Of a DNA stretch of 50,041 nt, positions 12,409 to 24,037 are shown piece after piece. Location of the stretch: NCBI GenBank assembly GCA_051942205.1, contig JAVECO010000170.1, positions 1-50,041 on the forward strand, given 5' to 3'. Source of the DNA: Coniocarpon cinnabarinum. Lineage: Eukaryota. The translations under genes and the position numbers were made by a program. The notes below the pieces were generated by a model. It worked only from the letters and a program-made list of their open reading frames with translations. It made no database searches and was not told the DNA's origin. Within the stretch, counting starts at the first letter, position 1. Each line of letters starts with the position of its first letter.

Positions 12409-14318
12409 ATGCATGTTCAGATTGCTCTAGAGACACCTCATCAGGCTTTCACGAACCTAGACTTTGTAAAAGGAAGGATCTTGCTACGCTTGTCAAGCTC
12501 TACGCCCCTAACTAGCATTATCGTCAAGCTCGAAGGCGAGTCGACGACACAATTGACGCCGCCTCCTCGTGATGACTACGATGACAGACCAAAGCCTATT
12601 CTTGAAATCCACAAGGTATGCATCGATGCAAGTTACAATGCGAAGCACCATGCCAAAGCTCTTAGGCGCCATCTTTTAATGTCGCAATAGGTGCTGTACA
12701 ATACGCAGGTCGTGTTCCCTCAGCCAGGTCAGAATCCCAACGCGACATACAGCATACTGCCGCCGGGCAACTATGAGTACCCGTTCTCCTTCAAGGTAGG
12801 CGCCAAGGGAGGTGTGCGCGAGATACCATTGTGTCTCACGAAGCTCAGGTGCCTTTCAACACGGCTTGTCATAGCGGTATGAACAACATGCAAACACTGC
12901 CAAACCTCATCAGGAAGGGCAACATTGCATCTTCAAACCACATCAAAGCGCCGCTTCCACCGACACTGGGTGGGTTTCCAGGTCTCGCTAGCATCAGGTA
13001 TTTCGTCAAGTGCACAGTGAATCGTAGAGAATTCTACAAAGAAAACCCCAGAGTGGTGCGTTCTCGGTCCAGACATGTTGATGTGAGGTCGCTCATACTC
13101 GTTTAGATCCAACACATTAACTTCATTCCCATTGAGCAAGTCCGACCACCTACCCAGAGTTCCGAAAACTTTGGTCGTCGAAATTACCAGTTCAATAGCT
13201 TTCAACTGTTGGATGGCGGGATTCCACAGCCAAAGATGAAGCGGGTGTTGTCCAACCTCAACCCCACGAAGAAAAGCTATCTATCATCCGCGTCTGCTAA
13301 CCCAGGCGAACAGATCCCGCCTTGGGTTGAGGTAGATGCTCGATTGCCGGATCCTGCAATCTTGACTTCGAACGAGAAAGTGCCGCTGCGATTGCTTGTG
13401 AAACGTATCGATGAGGGGTCACTGCCCCTGTATCTGCAAACGTTGCAAGTTGAGTTGGTGGGTACTACCAAAATTAGAGCGGGTCACGCTGGACGCAATG
13501 AAACGACTAGTTGGGTTGTAACAAGCCGAAGCAATATCAACCAGTACATTGAATTTCCTGAAGCGGAGCGAGGCGTGCAGAATGAAAGGAACAACGCATT
13601 TGTGGGTCCAACCGATGACCAAGCGCAGAACGGACGAAAGACATCAGCAGCTTCTATAGCATCCCAGCGGAAAACCTCAGAGGCCTCCCCATTTGCTGAT
13701 GAAAAGGCATCGCAGTCAATATTCGCCGAACCAGTGGACTTGCAGACGTCGACCGATGAGAAACCTCCGGCTGACCCAGATCGACACACGCAACGACCCC
13801 AAATCACGCTAGACCCGACTGCTTGGGAGATGCCAGTCCCCCAATACCTCCCCCCTTCATTCAAGACATGCAACATCGAGAGAACATATGCACTTGAGGC
13901 TCGCATCGGGATTGGGTTTGGTGCTCAGTCAGCGAAGAATCAAATCATTCTCCCCTTACGGCTTGCATGCGAAGTCTGGTCTGGCATTAAGCCGCCCAAA
14001 TCCTTAGTAGCAGCGATGGAGAGTAGGCTCAACAGACCGCCAAAGAAGCCTGTGAACAAAAAGCCACTGAGTGCAGAGGCAGCTGCAAACGTGGCTAAGT
14101 ACCACGCACAAGCCCAAGCAAATGCTTTTGTTGGACCCCCAGGTCCTCAATACGCGCCTTTGCCACCCGGCGAGGAGGAACCACCCCCAAGTTACGAGGA
14201 TGCTTTGGGAGACAATCTTGCGCCTGTGGATGGTCCTCGTAATTACCAGCCTCCACCGGCACCCGCTGGCGGAGAAGGTTTCCTGAGAGATCATGAGGAG
14301 AAGCGGCGGAATTCGTAA
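12409..14318 (+). CDS. Arrestin-fold (alpha-arrestin-like) protein
   Basis: Exons 12409-12615, 12691-12795, 12849-13055 and 13107-14318 splice in frame at GT..AG sites. Motifs: FTNLDFVKGRI, IIVKLEGES, LPPGNYEYPFSFK, IRYFVKCTVNR, LPPSFKTCNIERTY and a C-terminal PPPSY (PPxY). Confidence 0.9.
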
Positions 14319-14551
14319 TATCTCATCATGGACATTAATCATTCAAGACTACAAAGCAGATCTGTGCGTGCAGAGCGTCAGACTCGATCCAATACAAGTC
14401 TTGTCAGCATCTTAATCAGTTTTCTCGTGTTGCAATACATGCTCGCTCGGCTGTTGTGGAAAGAGCGACCAAAGAGCCTTGTATGAGACCTGTATCGTGG
14501 CAAGCATGGCTTGTGCCAGGGCTTCAAATTCAACTTTGCGGTTACCCGGGG

Positions 14552-15223
14552 CTAAGTTCCACCTACAGCTGCGGCCATGCTCAGGGAGTTGCCCGTCGGA
14601 TCCCACAACGAATTCAACCAGGCCGCTCCGCTAACGATCGGCGGCGAGAAAGTCACCAACAGATGTGAGTTCACGGATGTTTGGAGGTGAAGGTAAAGTG
14701 CAAAGCCAACAACAAGGGATGTAGCTGCCACCTTCAAGATGAAATTGTGATGTGGCTTGGGAGTCGACCAGTGGCGGCGAACGTGTTTGACCTGCATGAG
14801 ATGCAGACAATGCAGGAGCACGAAAGCCGAGGATGACACTGTCCATCCGACGAAGACTAGTCGCTGTCCATTCGTTGCAAGAGGTCCCTTTGTGTTCAAA
14901 CCAGGAGACGCTAGCGTGACCCAAGACAGGGTAAGTGCTGCCATGAGAAGGCCACAGAGGACGGTAACTTTGTCTAGCAAAGCTTCGACGAACTCGAGTA
15001 GCAGGCGTTGAATGCCAGAAGCTTGGCTTGATGATTGGCGTTGACCTCGTGGACCTTGGTGCTCTGTGAAGTATCAACATCAACAGACGCCCACATGAAC
15101 ACTGAAAGTATTGCAACTCGATTTACCTATCAAACCCGGGCAGACTTTGGCGTTGTTAGAGTGTTCTAGTGAAGTGGCCCTTCCATACCAGTCACGTGAT
15201 CTGTCTTCCTGGTGATAAGACAT
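14552..15223 (-). CDS. Small 4-TM membrane protein, family member 1 (subfamily A)
   Basis: Module TVLCGLLMAALTLSW..AFVLLHCLHLMQ..RHWST..P..NFIL..PPIVSGAAWLNSLWDPTGN. Proposed model: exon 15223-15127, intron 15126-15064 (GTAAAT..CAG), exon 15063-14552, in frame, 202 aa. The 5' exon is inferred. Confidence 0.7.
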
Positions 15224-15633
15224 GGCGTGCTTGATAGATTACAGCCGTGGCTAATAATATGTCAGTTCGAGCACGGGCTCCACTGAATAGAAGCTTCAGC
15301 CCGTTGCTATGCGAATACGAAAGATTGTGGACAGCATTCGTAGACTTCGCAAGAGGAAAGGTGAAATCAGATAGTTCTATGAAAAAGCAGGACAAGATCT
15401 AGTGAGGCATGCAATGAGGCCTGTGCCGCCGTTCCCACAAATTCGAGAATGCTGCACGGAAGAATGTTAGGGAAGAGACAGAAGACCCGACTGCTCAAAC
15501 GTGAGTCGAAGAGCACTTCGATTTTATAACCTCTAAGTGTAGAAATGTTGCGACCTGTGTCGTAGGCAGATAGACGCCTGTCTCATCTTCCGCTCAGCTG
15601 CCCGGCACATGCAGCTAAACCTCTTCCGGAATA

Positions 15634-16155
15634 CAGCGCTTTTCATAAAGACTGACAATAGTTGGTCCGTGCACTGCTGCATACACACACATCTCCTAAG
15701 GTTAACGTCGTCGCGTACGTTACCGCCGACGTCGCCGCTAAGGCTACCACTAATATTCATTTTTTATAAATCTAATATAGATAAGCTATACAAGTCTATT
15801 ACTACTTTTTCTAGCTTTTTAAATACTCTTATAGTAAAATTTTTTAATTTTTGTGCTATAGAAAGAAATTTTACTTTAGCTTATTTTACCTATATCTACC
15901 CTGCTTATATTTATCTTACCTAAGTTTCTAACTATATCTGTAGCTTGTATTATTACTATAAAAGCATAAAAAAAAATAGAAAAAGTAGTAATAGGCTTAT
16001 ATAGACTATCTATTGTATATTTACTAAAAATAATGTTAGCGGCAGTGTTAGCGGCGACGTTAGCGACGACGTTAGCGACAACGATGACCTTAGGAGATGT
16101 ATGTGTGTGCAGCAGTGCACGGACCAACTATTGTCAGTCTTTATGAAAAGCGCTG
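15634..16155. mobile_element. Non-autonomous foldback element/MITE (Tc1/mariner-like ends), AT-rich RIP-like core
   Basis: It starts CAGCGCTTTTCATAAAGACTGACAATAGTTGGTCCGTGCACTGCTGCA and ends with the reverse complement. TA flanks both sides (15632-33, 16156-57). The arms stay alignable for over 200 bp; the interior is very AT/TpA-rich. Confidence 0.85.
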
Positions 16156-16819
16156 TACGCGTATAGACATCGCCCGCCATTGACGTGTAGCGTCATCCAA
16201 TGCATGCACGTATGTCGACAGTAGGGGCGAGGCAGTGGAGGGGGATGTTCGCGAAGCCAATCACATCTCTCTGATCTGCATTCGGCGACTGACGACGATC
16301 GACACTTCCGAGTCATGTCCCCCGCTGGACATGACTCATGCCGTGCTGGTGGCAGTGTGCCAGTGCCTAGGCTCTCACCGAACTTCGCTGCGGCGAATCC
16401 GGACAACAAAACCACAAGGTCTTCCTCCACAATTAGCAAACGACCACGGAAATTCCTTCCCAACTTACGTTGTGGTGTGTTTGACGAGGCGCCATAATGG
16501 TAGCCCGCAGCGTTGTCGGGCGCTCGTTACTAAGCGCGCGCTGAGATCACAATGCCTGCACCTGGCTGTGTTGCAAGTAAGTCTGCGAGGTGTCAAGCAC
16601 CTTCACGGGATAGCTAGGCCTTTCACGGATTCGCGTGGGTTATGGAACTCTCATACTAGATGAAGCGCAGACGGATACTCGCAAGCGAGATTCACTACGG
16701 TATTGCGAATGGCACGAGGTCTACGTGAAGTTTTCTACTGCGTTAGCACGACGAAGAGCTTGGGCCCACTGCCCACTGGCGCCCGCCACCCGCAAACTCG
16801 GACGGCTAGGAAGGTCAGA

Positions 16820-16982
16820 CCATCCCCTCCTCTGCCCGGCAGCCGCACCGCTTACTTCAGAAAGCTAGCGTTCCTTTGCTGAGTAGGCGCGTATGATATG
16901 ACTAATATATTGACCTACTCCACGAAGGAATTCTTTCTTGATGGGGCCTAGTGTTGCGGCTGCCGGGCAGAGGAGGGGATGG
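16820..16982. repeat. 163-bp stem-loop with perfect 28-bp inverted repeat
   Basis: CCATCCCCTCCTCTGCCCGGCAGCCGCA (16820-47) is the exact reverse complement of 16955-82. Inner pairings are AGAAAG/CTTTCT, TTCCTT/AAGGAA and GAGTAGG/CCTACTC. Confidence 0.9.
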
Positions 16983-17414
16983 CTCGCATCGGAACGCGAC
17001 GTGTCTGAACCACGGGACGGGTGCCGCGTGGTCGATTAACTTTAGCCCCAGCCCGCCACGCCGCTCAATGCCCAAACTCTGTCCAACTTCAACCTTGCGA
17101 TGACGCTCTCACTCCATCCTCTCGATTCCACATGGCGACAACAAGAGATGAAAGCAGCCATACGACACGCACCCAGTAACTACACAGGCCCTCAACATCC
17201 TAATGCAGGGCAAGCATGTAGGCCTTAACTGTTTTCGCACTCTTGTCTTCGACTATCGAGGTATTTTGTGTCGTTGCTGGAGCTGAATGTGCTCACACGA
17301 CAAGTCTTCTATTTGGATGGAATGATGACCATGCCCCCGCAGTAGCCATCGTGTGCGTCGAGTCTTGTAGGGCACAGGTCTCTCGGATCATTATGATGCG
17401 ACTAGTCTAGCCCC

Positions 17415-18473
17415 TCACTTCCGCTCCGAGATCTGAAACACAACCGATTGATCCCCCGTCTCAAACGACCTCTTCACCGCAAACGCCCCCGAAACTTCTC
17501 TCGCACGCCGATATTGCTTCGAAGTATACTTCAGACAGCTATTCGTCACCATATATTTCTTGTCCCCATTGACGCTCCCCGAGATAAGCGTCGTCGCCAC
17601 ATTCACCGGACCCACTTCTGTCTCAAGAGGCACAAGTTTGATGAGGTATTCGGCGCCGTCTGCTTCGAAGGGGGCACCGGCCGCGCTGAGCTGGTTCGAG
17701 CAGCTGCTGTCGAATTTCTGGCCCTGGATCGTGGAAAATTGACGCATCTCGGGGTGGTCATAGAAGCCTTTTATAGTCGCCGCGTCGGTGTTTTGGAAGA
17801 GCTGCATTTCGGAGAGGATGAGATCGCCCGGGTAGGTGAGTTGGCGGAGCATGCTTTGCATGCGAGAGGGGAGATCGTTGCCTTCTTGAAATCCAAGGTT
17901 GGTTACGATAGTCACGCAGTTGTCTGGGACAACATTGGCTCTTTTGGGCGTGGGAAAGTCCTCCGCTAAACAGTCGTAGTAGTTCCGTATCACGTAGGAG
18001 AAGCGGTCATCTCCTATTATAGGAGCGATGGCTTGTCGCATCGTCTCTTCGGATTTGGGATTGATGTCGACACCAACGTATTGCATGACGTTAGCGTGAT
18101 CTTGCAGTAACCTCGTCAAGATCACTTTTGACTTCCACGGTTCTGGCCCGAGCTCGACATATCGAATAGGTCGCCCTTGAGCGAGCGCAGCAAGCTGATC
18201 CGCGGCCTGCAGAATCGTATCACGGAACGATGGACCCTTCTCGCCTGCACAGATCCCTTCTGTTTCGAGGGCAAAGTGGTTCATATTAGCCATGGTGCTG
18301 AAGACCCCCAAGAGATTCTGGTCGTTGGCGTCCGCCTCGGCATGGCCACCGTCTTCTGGACCATATTTGGCCGAATTATCGAGCACGACGAGCTGGTCTA
18401 GCGGGATGTGACTGTGGGTGGAGAGAGCCTGAGCTACGAGCTCATTGTATGGTAGCGGTGCAGCCACAGTCAT
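17415..18473 (-). CDS. SAM-dependent methyltransferase, EgtD/EasF-like (histidine-specific methyltransferase family)
   Basis: Intronless 352-aa ORF. IRYVELGPEPWKS, YVGVDIN, TNLGFQEGND, PGDLIL, GFYD and TNSCLKYT occur in the order of the EgtD-family motifs (VELGsG, YxxxDIS, LGsxIGN, PGDxLL, TExSxKY). Confidence 0.7.
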   Translation of the reverse strand: MTVAAPLPYNELVAQALSTHSHIPLDQLVVLDNSAKYGPEDGGHAEADANDQNLLGVFSTMANMNHFALETEGICAGEKGPSFRDTILQAADQLAALAQGRPIRYVELGPEPWKSKVILTRLLQDHANVMQYVGVDINPKSEETMRQAIAPIIGDDRFSYVIRNYYDCLAEDFPTPKRANVVPDNCVTIVTNLGFQEGNDLPSRMQSMLRQLTYPGDLILSEMQLFQNTDAATIKGFYDHPEMRQFSTIQGQKFDSSCSNQLSAAGAPFEADGAEYLIKLVPLETEVGPVNVATTLISGSVNGDKKYMVTNSCLKYTSKQYRRAREVSGAFAVKRSFETGDQSVVFQISERK

Positions 18474-19800
18474 GATTGCTAATCGAGATCTTTCAGCTAC
18501 TGACGAGAATCTCGGAAAATTGAAAATGGAAGATAGTCTTGGGGAATGCTAAGGAAGCGAGAATCAATCTGTTCAATGTCCCAGCTCCTTTGAGTTACTG
18601 CTTCCATGATGTAGAACGTGATTTAAATATCCAAACCATTGTCAAGAATCTGCCGCATTACAAGCCGGGCAAGCGTGTCGTCGGACCTTTCCCAATGAAG
18701 CGTCGCACTCACCCCTGGCGAGGACTTTGCTGGGCAGAAACTGCTGTGTTGGATTTAACTCAATCCACCCTCGCCACTTCCGTCAACCAATCATGCAATG
18801 TTGAAGGTGCACACTTTTCCTCACAGCACCCTGGTCTCATCTAGTGTTGTGCCGGCAATGTTGAAAGGATGCTGAAGAGTTGGATGTGCGAATATGCAGA
18901 GTCTGACACGTCCCCAGGTACATGCAATGACATAGGATGGCAGCTGCACTTCTCCGAGCCACGAGACGTCTCCATTGGTTCTCGTTGGGAGCTTGACGTA
19001 GGTAGCCAAGCGACTTAAGCCTCATCTGAGGTATGCATGATGTCAAGGTGCTTGAGGAGGATATTTTCTCTTTTGCAAATAACCGTTCTGGCGGCTACGA
19101 GACTCTCCAAAATCCCATGATGAGGTAAGATCCCATGACCAGGGTGTAGGTGGGTACCGATGGGGGTAGATGGATGGACCCGTTCCCCGCACTTGGCGCA
19201 GGAACCAGCGGGTGCATGCATCAATCAGAGCTGCCCTGCATCTACGTCAGTCGACCTTCCGCTTTGCTTTGATACTTGCTGTCATAGTTTCGGCCAAGAA
19301 TATTTGATCATCCTGTCGCAGGATGTTGAGATGATTGTCGCTCTCTGAAGGATTTCTATGCCCGCAGTACTTCACTTAAAGTGGTCAAGACAATGTTGTA
19401 AACGGATATCGTCTTGCCGCGTATCCGAGCTGAGCTCTCGTATCCAGCAGTACCCTGGCTTTGATCTGAAGGCATTACATCTATGAAGGTATCCCTTAGA
19501 AAATTGATGTGTTGTCTTGTGGATATGCGGAAGAACGAATGAATAGTGTCATCGCATCAGAGGCGGGATTTGAATGAGACCCAAATCAGAGGCTCTGCGA
19601 CTGGCTTTACCAATAACGCCGTGGAAGGATGTGTGTCTATGCATGTGCAGGAGTGCAGTGGGTCTCGAGACAGATAGTTTTCGGGGTGGAGCCTCAGACG
19701 TAGATGTCTTCCAGGTGCGTCCCAACAGGACAGTAAGAGATGAGACCGCTGCGGGTGTAGAGAGACGCGTTGAATGCATCTGTGAGGCGTCTTGATCCGT

Positions 19801-21494
19801 TCAAGGACTCATGCGGTCTTTCAATTTTTCGTTTCGCAAGAGCAACGACAAGACCAGGGAAAGGGCCGTGGTTGCGATTGCTTGGACCCAGACATCTCTG
19901 ATGGCGTTGAGTACCGCCTGGACTACAGCTGTCCTCTGATCTGGTGGGAGCTGATCAGAGAGTGAAGCCCCCACGCCCGTGATGGCATCTTGAACGGCCT
20001 GTTTCGGTAAATTGGGCAGTATCCCTTGTATCGTTTTTGTGGCTTGATTTATAAAGATACTGTTTGCTATACCAACCGACATGGAGCCAGTGATAGCATC
20101 GACGCATGCGAAAATTGTGCCTGCATCTGCAACGTGAGCCTGCGCCACAATTGCCGACATCACAGGCCCAGCGTTCATGGCATAGAGGCCAACACCTATG
20201 CCCCCAAGGGCAGTCCAGCCATATATCTCAGCGTGAGAGGTGTCCATTCGGATTGTGTAGAGGCAAATCGACATGATCAGCGCTAGAAGACTTCCGAATA
20301 CGAACCACAATTTGTAATAGCCAAAGATGATCAGGCGCCCTGAGACTAGCATAGCAGCGACGGAGGTCACCAAGAACGGGAGAAGGTCCACCGCCGAGTG
20401 CACTGCTGTCTCTCCTCGCACGAACTGGAAGTATAATGGGATGTAGTAGATTGGTAGAAACAACATGCTGATAGGACACCCGATCTCCATGACGAGAAGC
20501 CACATCTCGCCTGAGAGAAGGACATGGACAGGTAACACACGATCTTCGGGTGTGGTTAACGTTGCGGTGACTTGCTGTAATACAAACAAGATCCACGATG
20601 CTCCGGAACAGCAGATCAGCCCAATGATATGTCGGCTGCGCCACAAGTAGGTCGTTCCTCCGAAGGAGAATGTCATGATCGTAGAGGAAAGCGCGCCGAT
20701 GAATAGTAGGCCACCAACGACGTCAATTCGTTTCGCGCGAGACCACAAGCTTGCTTCAGGAGTGGATCTTCTGCCTGGAGGTAGTATGAATAGAAACACT
20801 GGAAGGGTCACTCCGACTAGAATTGTATCGAAGTAAAAGCTCCAGCGCCAGCCTGCGTCACGTACTGCGAAGGCGCCTCCAATGATTGGACCGAGTCTTG
20901 ACGTTTGGTTAGCCATTAAGTGCTCATGTCTACTAACAAGTTGTCACAACTAACATAGTGCCGAAACCCCAAGAGAACCCTATATAGCCGAAATAACGCC
21001 CCTTTTCTTCCATAGTCGTGAGGTTCGTGATGATGTTAACTGTAGCAAGATATGTCCCACTGCCTCCGAGGCCGGTGATGGCTCTTCCAACGATAAATGC
21101 GTTCATGGTGGGGGCAGCGGCGCTTAGCACAGAACCAGTGGCGAAGAGCAATCTACCAATCAGGAGGATACTCTTACTATCAAAGACGCCAAGCACCTTT
21201 CCCCTGACATCAAACGTCAGACAGCCCCGAGAAGCTCGAAAAGTGTTCAACTCACCAAAGAAGGCATGATGCTCCGTTTGCCAGAGCGTATGTGACATTG
21301 ATCCATGGAAATTTCGAAAACTCGCCAAGCGCCTCCACAATTGTAGGCTGCAAATTAGCTGTGATGGTCGTGTCGAGAGCCGCCTGCATTTCTGCGATCA
21401 GTAGTGAGAAGCAAAGTACGACCCATAGCAACGTGTTTTTGAGAACCGTTTTGCGAGGATGCAGACTTGTTGTAGGCTCGACATTGTTTTCCAT
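19801..21494 (-). CDS. MFS efflux transporter (DHA2-type, ~14 TM)
   Basis: Exons 21494-21256, 21203-20955 and 20896-19801 splice in frame. Motifs: ALDTTITA, FIVGRAITGLGGSG, LGPIIGGAF, WRWSFY, YYIPLYFQFVRG. Confidence 0.92.
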
Positions 21495-22707
21495 ATTAAC
21501 TTGTAGCTGCTCCTCGAATGTTTTTAGCGAAGTAGTGCGGGGAGATTTATGGGCGTCTACAATGTAGAAGAAGTTCTTCCCTCTAGGTGGCTCAGCTGAT
21601 GGACGTGTTTGTACAGGTCAAAGAAGGTGGCTTGATTATTGAGTTGAGCACGGGCAGTGACGTCAAGTAGAATAGGTAATCATGCTGCACGACGCAGTCT
21701 GCCTATCAAAGCAAACAGCTCGCGAGACTATTATCACAGGAAGTGGCAGGAATTTGCACATAATCTCATCGTCAGCGCCAAGATACGTGATCCAAAAAGT
21801 GAAGCAAATGATTGATAGACCAATGGTGCACATCATAGCGTTTAAGAGGTTTGAGAGGTTGCGTAAAAGTACAGATAGTTACAGCGAAATCCCTAGTGCA
21901 CAGTAGTACGCGTGGCAGACTGGAAGTCGAGGCGTTGAGCGGTAGCACACCATCGCACTCACTTGTTAGATACAACTGAGAGATTTCGACCCGCCGCTTG
22001 GCATTCCTGTTTGATGGTACGACCCACGACATGTCAGGGTCCTTGTGTTCTGGAGCTGGTGCTGTAGGAGGTGAGGAGTACATACGTTTAAGTGGGCACG
22101 TATGGTGCCTCAACCTATTGTGCCCCTGTAGATGACGTCAATTACATTGAGCCTCAAGACCTTCCGCATTGGGTTTTCTGCCTCTAACAGCCTTAATCCG
22201 CCTCCTGATTTTGAGCATTGACGGAACGGTACAGTCGTGACGTTGCATCACAGGCGCGCTTTGACCGCTGGTCGCCCTGTCCGGTTCTCATATGGCAAAT
22301 GTTGAGATTCCATTTGCATCAATACCGCTGAACTGTAGGAGGTAATTCGTTGCTCGCAGATTTACATTATTGGAACTCTTGAAACGCGATGAGCCTCTGC
22401 AAAAAGCACCTTCCTCATCCGACTCCAGAAATGCCGAGAGTAACGATAGCTCGTTCCAGTCTCCAGATCCAGCTTGACCTCCGTCGATCCCTTCTCTTTT
22501 GCAGCACGGAGGTGCTTCGGCCAGACCCAGGCAGCCTCAGGGTCAAGGTTCTAAAGTGGTAGCCCCATCGTCTCAGTCGCAAAGAGTTAAGATCGATGCA
22601 GCCCAGTCGGGTCGTGAGTGTCGGTTGCAACAATGTCATGTAGTCATATTCCGCGCCTCGCAAGACTGAGCTGTCTCGCATGATCGTTTTGACAGCGTTA
22701 TTTGAAT

Positions 22708-23163
22708 CTAGCCCCCACTGATAGCACTCACGACATTCAGCGCGTTACCAGAAGGTTCCCACAATGAGTTTAGCCAAGCCGCTCCACTGAAAAGGAGAGG
22801 GCCAAATTCCAGCGTTGCATGGAGACTCAAACTTCCTAGGTGGAGTCCAAGTCCAAAACTCAACAGCGAGAAGGTTGCAAGAACTCGCATGCAGAAATTC
22901 TGTGGAGGCGAGAGGGTGGACCAATGTCGCCCGCTTTGCTCGCTCTTCGGCTGCATCAGGTGAATGCAGTGCAGTACCAAGAACGCGAACGTGGTGAGAC
23001 TCCAGATCACCAAGATACAGATGGTGACGGGACTGATCACGACCGTTTGCGCCGAAGAAGCATTCGAATGTCGAGATGTGAGCAGGCCCCATGTGAATGT
23101 GGACATTGTCATGAGCATGCCACAGAACATTGTAGCGTTGTTGCGAAAAGAGTCTCGAGACAT
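22708..23163 (-). CDS. Small 4-TM membrane protein, family member 2 (subfamily A)
   Basis: Clear paralog of member 1: TMFCGMLMTMSTFTW..AFLVLHCIHLMQ..RHWST..PPQNF..GPLLFSGAAWLNSLWEPSGN. Confidence 0.75.
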   Translation of the reverse strand: MSRDSFRNNATMFCGMLMTMSTFTWGLLTSRHSNASSAQTVVISPVTICILVIWSLTTFAFLVLHCIHLMQPKSEQSGRHWSTLSPPQNFCMRVLATFSLLSFGLGLHLGSLSLHATLEFGPLLFSGAAWLNSLWEPSGNALNVVSAISGG

Positions 23164-23940
23164 GTCAAATTCTTATTGGGACTGTTCTGGCAGCAATGCT
23201 TCCTGGTTCCGTCTGCTTTGTGGTTTCAATACACTGCACTAGGACTATGTTAGTCTGTGCATTTGCGGATCGGATAAATCCAAGCACGCGCATGGTACCC
23301 ACCTGGTTGACTATGCTGGTTCCTGTTGCTTGTCTCACTTTAGTTTCATGTCCTAAAAACCAAATTGTATACACGATGATTCTAGCGTACGGCTCAGAAA
23401 GCTACCGTTGAGACTATGTTTCTACTATAAAGCTTATATGAGATTGCTGAGCGTTAGCTAGTCTGCATAAGGCTCCCGTGGCAAAGAAATTTCGCGGAAG
23501 GGTGAGCAGACCACACAACTTATGCAATTCGAGTGCTGGCAGTAACAAGGGATAGGAATTGAGCATAATTGCTTGTTGACACGAGTGCTCTTATATTCGT
23601 GCACGTCGTGTGTCAAGTAGGTGCAGCAGGTGCCTCAGGCTCAGCAAATCCTGCCGGCGTACAAGACCCGCCGAATAGATCCCGGAAAGGGTTTGGCACT
23701 CATCCACTCTCGGCGAATCAGCTTCAGCATTTTGTTCTGCCTTAACTAGCTGCGGCTATTTCACATAACGAGAACAAGATGCGCCCTTGGTCTCGGCCCT
23801 CGGGCCCTCCGGCTTGATATCGACCACTCACGCGCTAGATCACTCTGACCGTACGCCACGTGGTGGAGAGTGTGCTCTGTGGCAAACAACCTGAACTGAG
23901 GTAAGATGTGGCGGTCCATGACGTCATCTTAGAGTCACTT

Positions 23941-24037
23941 TATTCGAGGCCGTGCTCTACTCGAGGCGGTACCTTATTCGAGGCACGTTGTTCGAGGCAC
24001 TGTATTCGAGGCACATTATTCGAGTCAATCTATTCGC
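23941..24037. repeat. Array of (TAT)TCGAGGC motifs
   Basis: TCGAGGC at 23944, 23961, 23978, 23992 and 24006; degenerate copies at 24020 and 24034 (spacing 17,17,14,14,14,14). Confidence 0.85.

Noticed and set aside
14975..15096. Apparent frameshift at the 5' end of family member 1 (MWASVD..NACYSS frame)
   Set aside because: An in-phase GT-AG intron model explains the 5' end; the resemblance of NACYSS to RACYSK in member 4 appears coincidental.
15609..16127. Two similar ORFs on opposite strands (15609+ and 15876-)
   Set aside because: They are translations of the two arms of the inverted repeat, not genes.
23941..24037. CRISPR-like repeat/spacer pattern (also 36341-36600)
   Set aside because: Repeats and spacers are far too short and irregular, the context is eukaryotic, and no cas genes are present.
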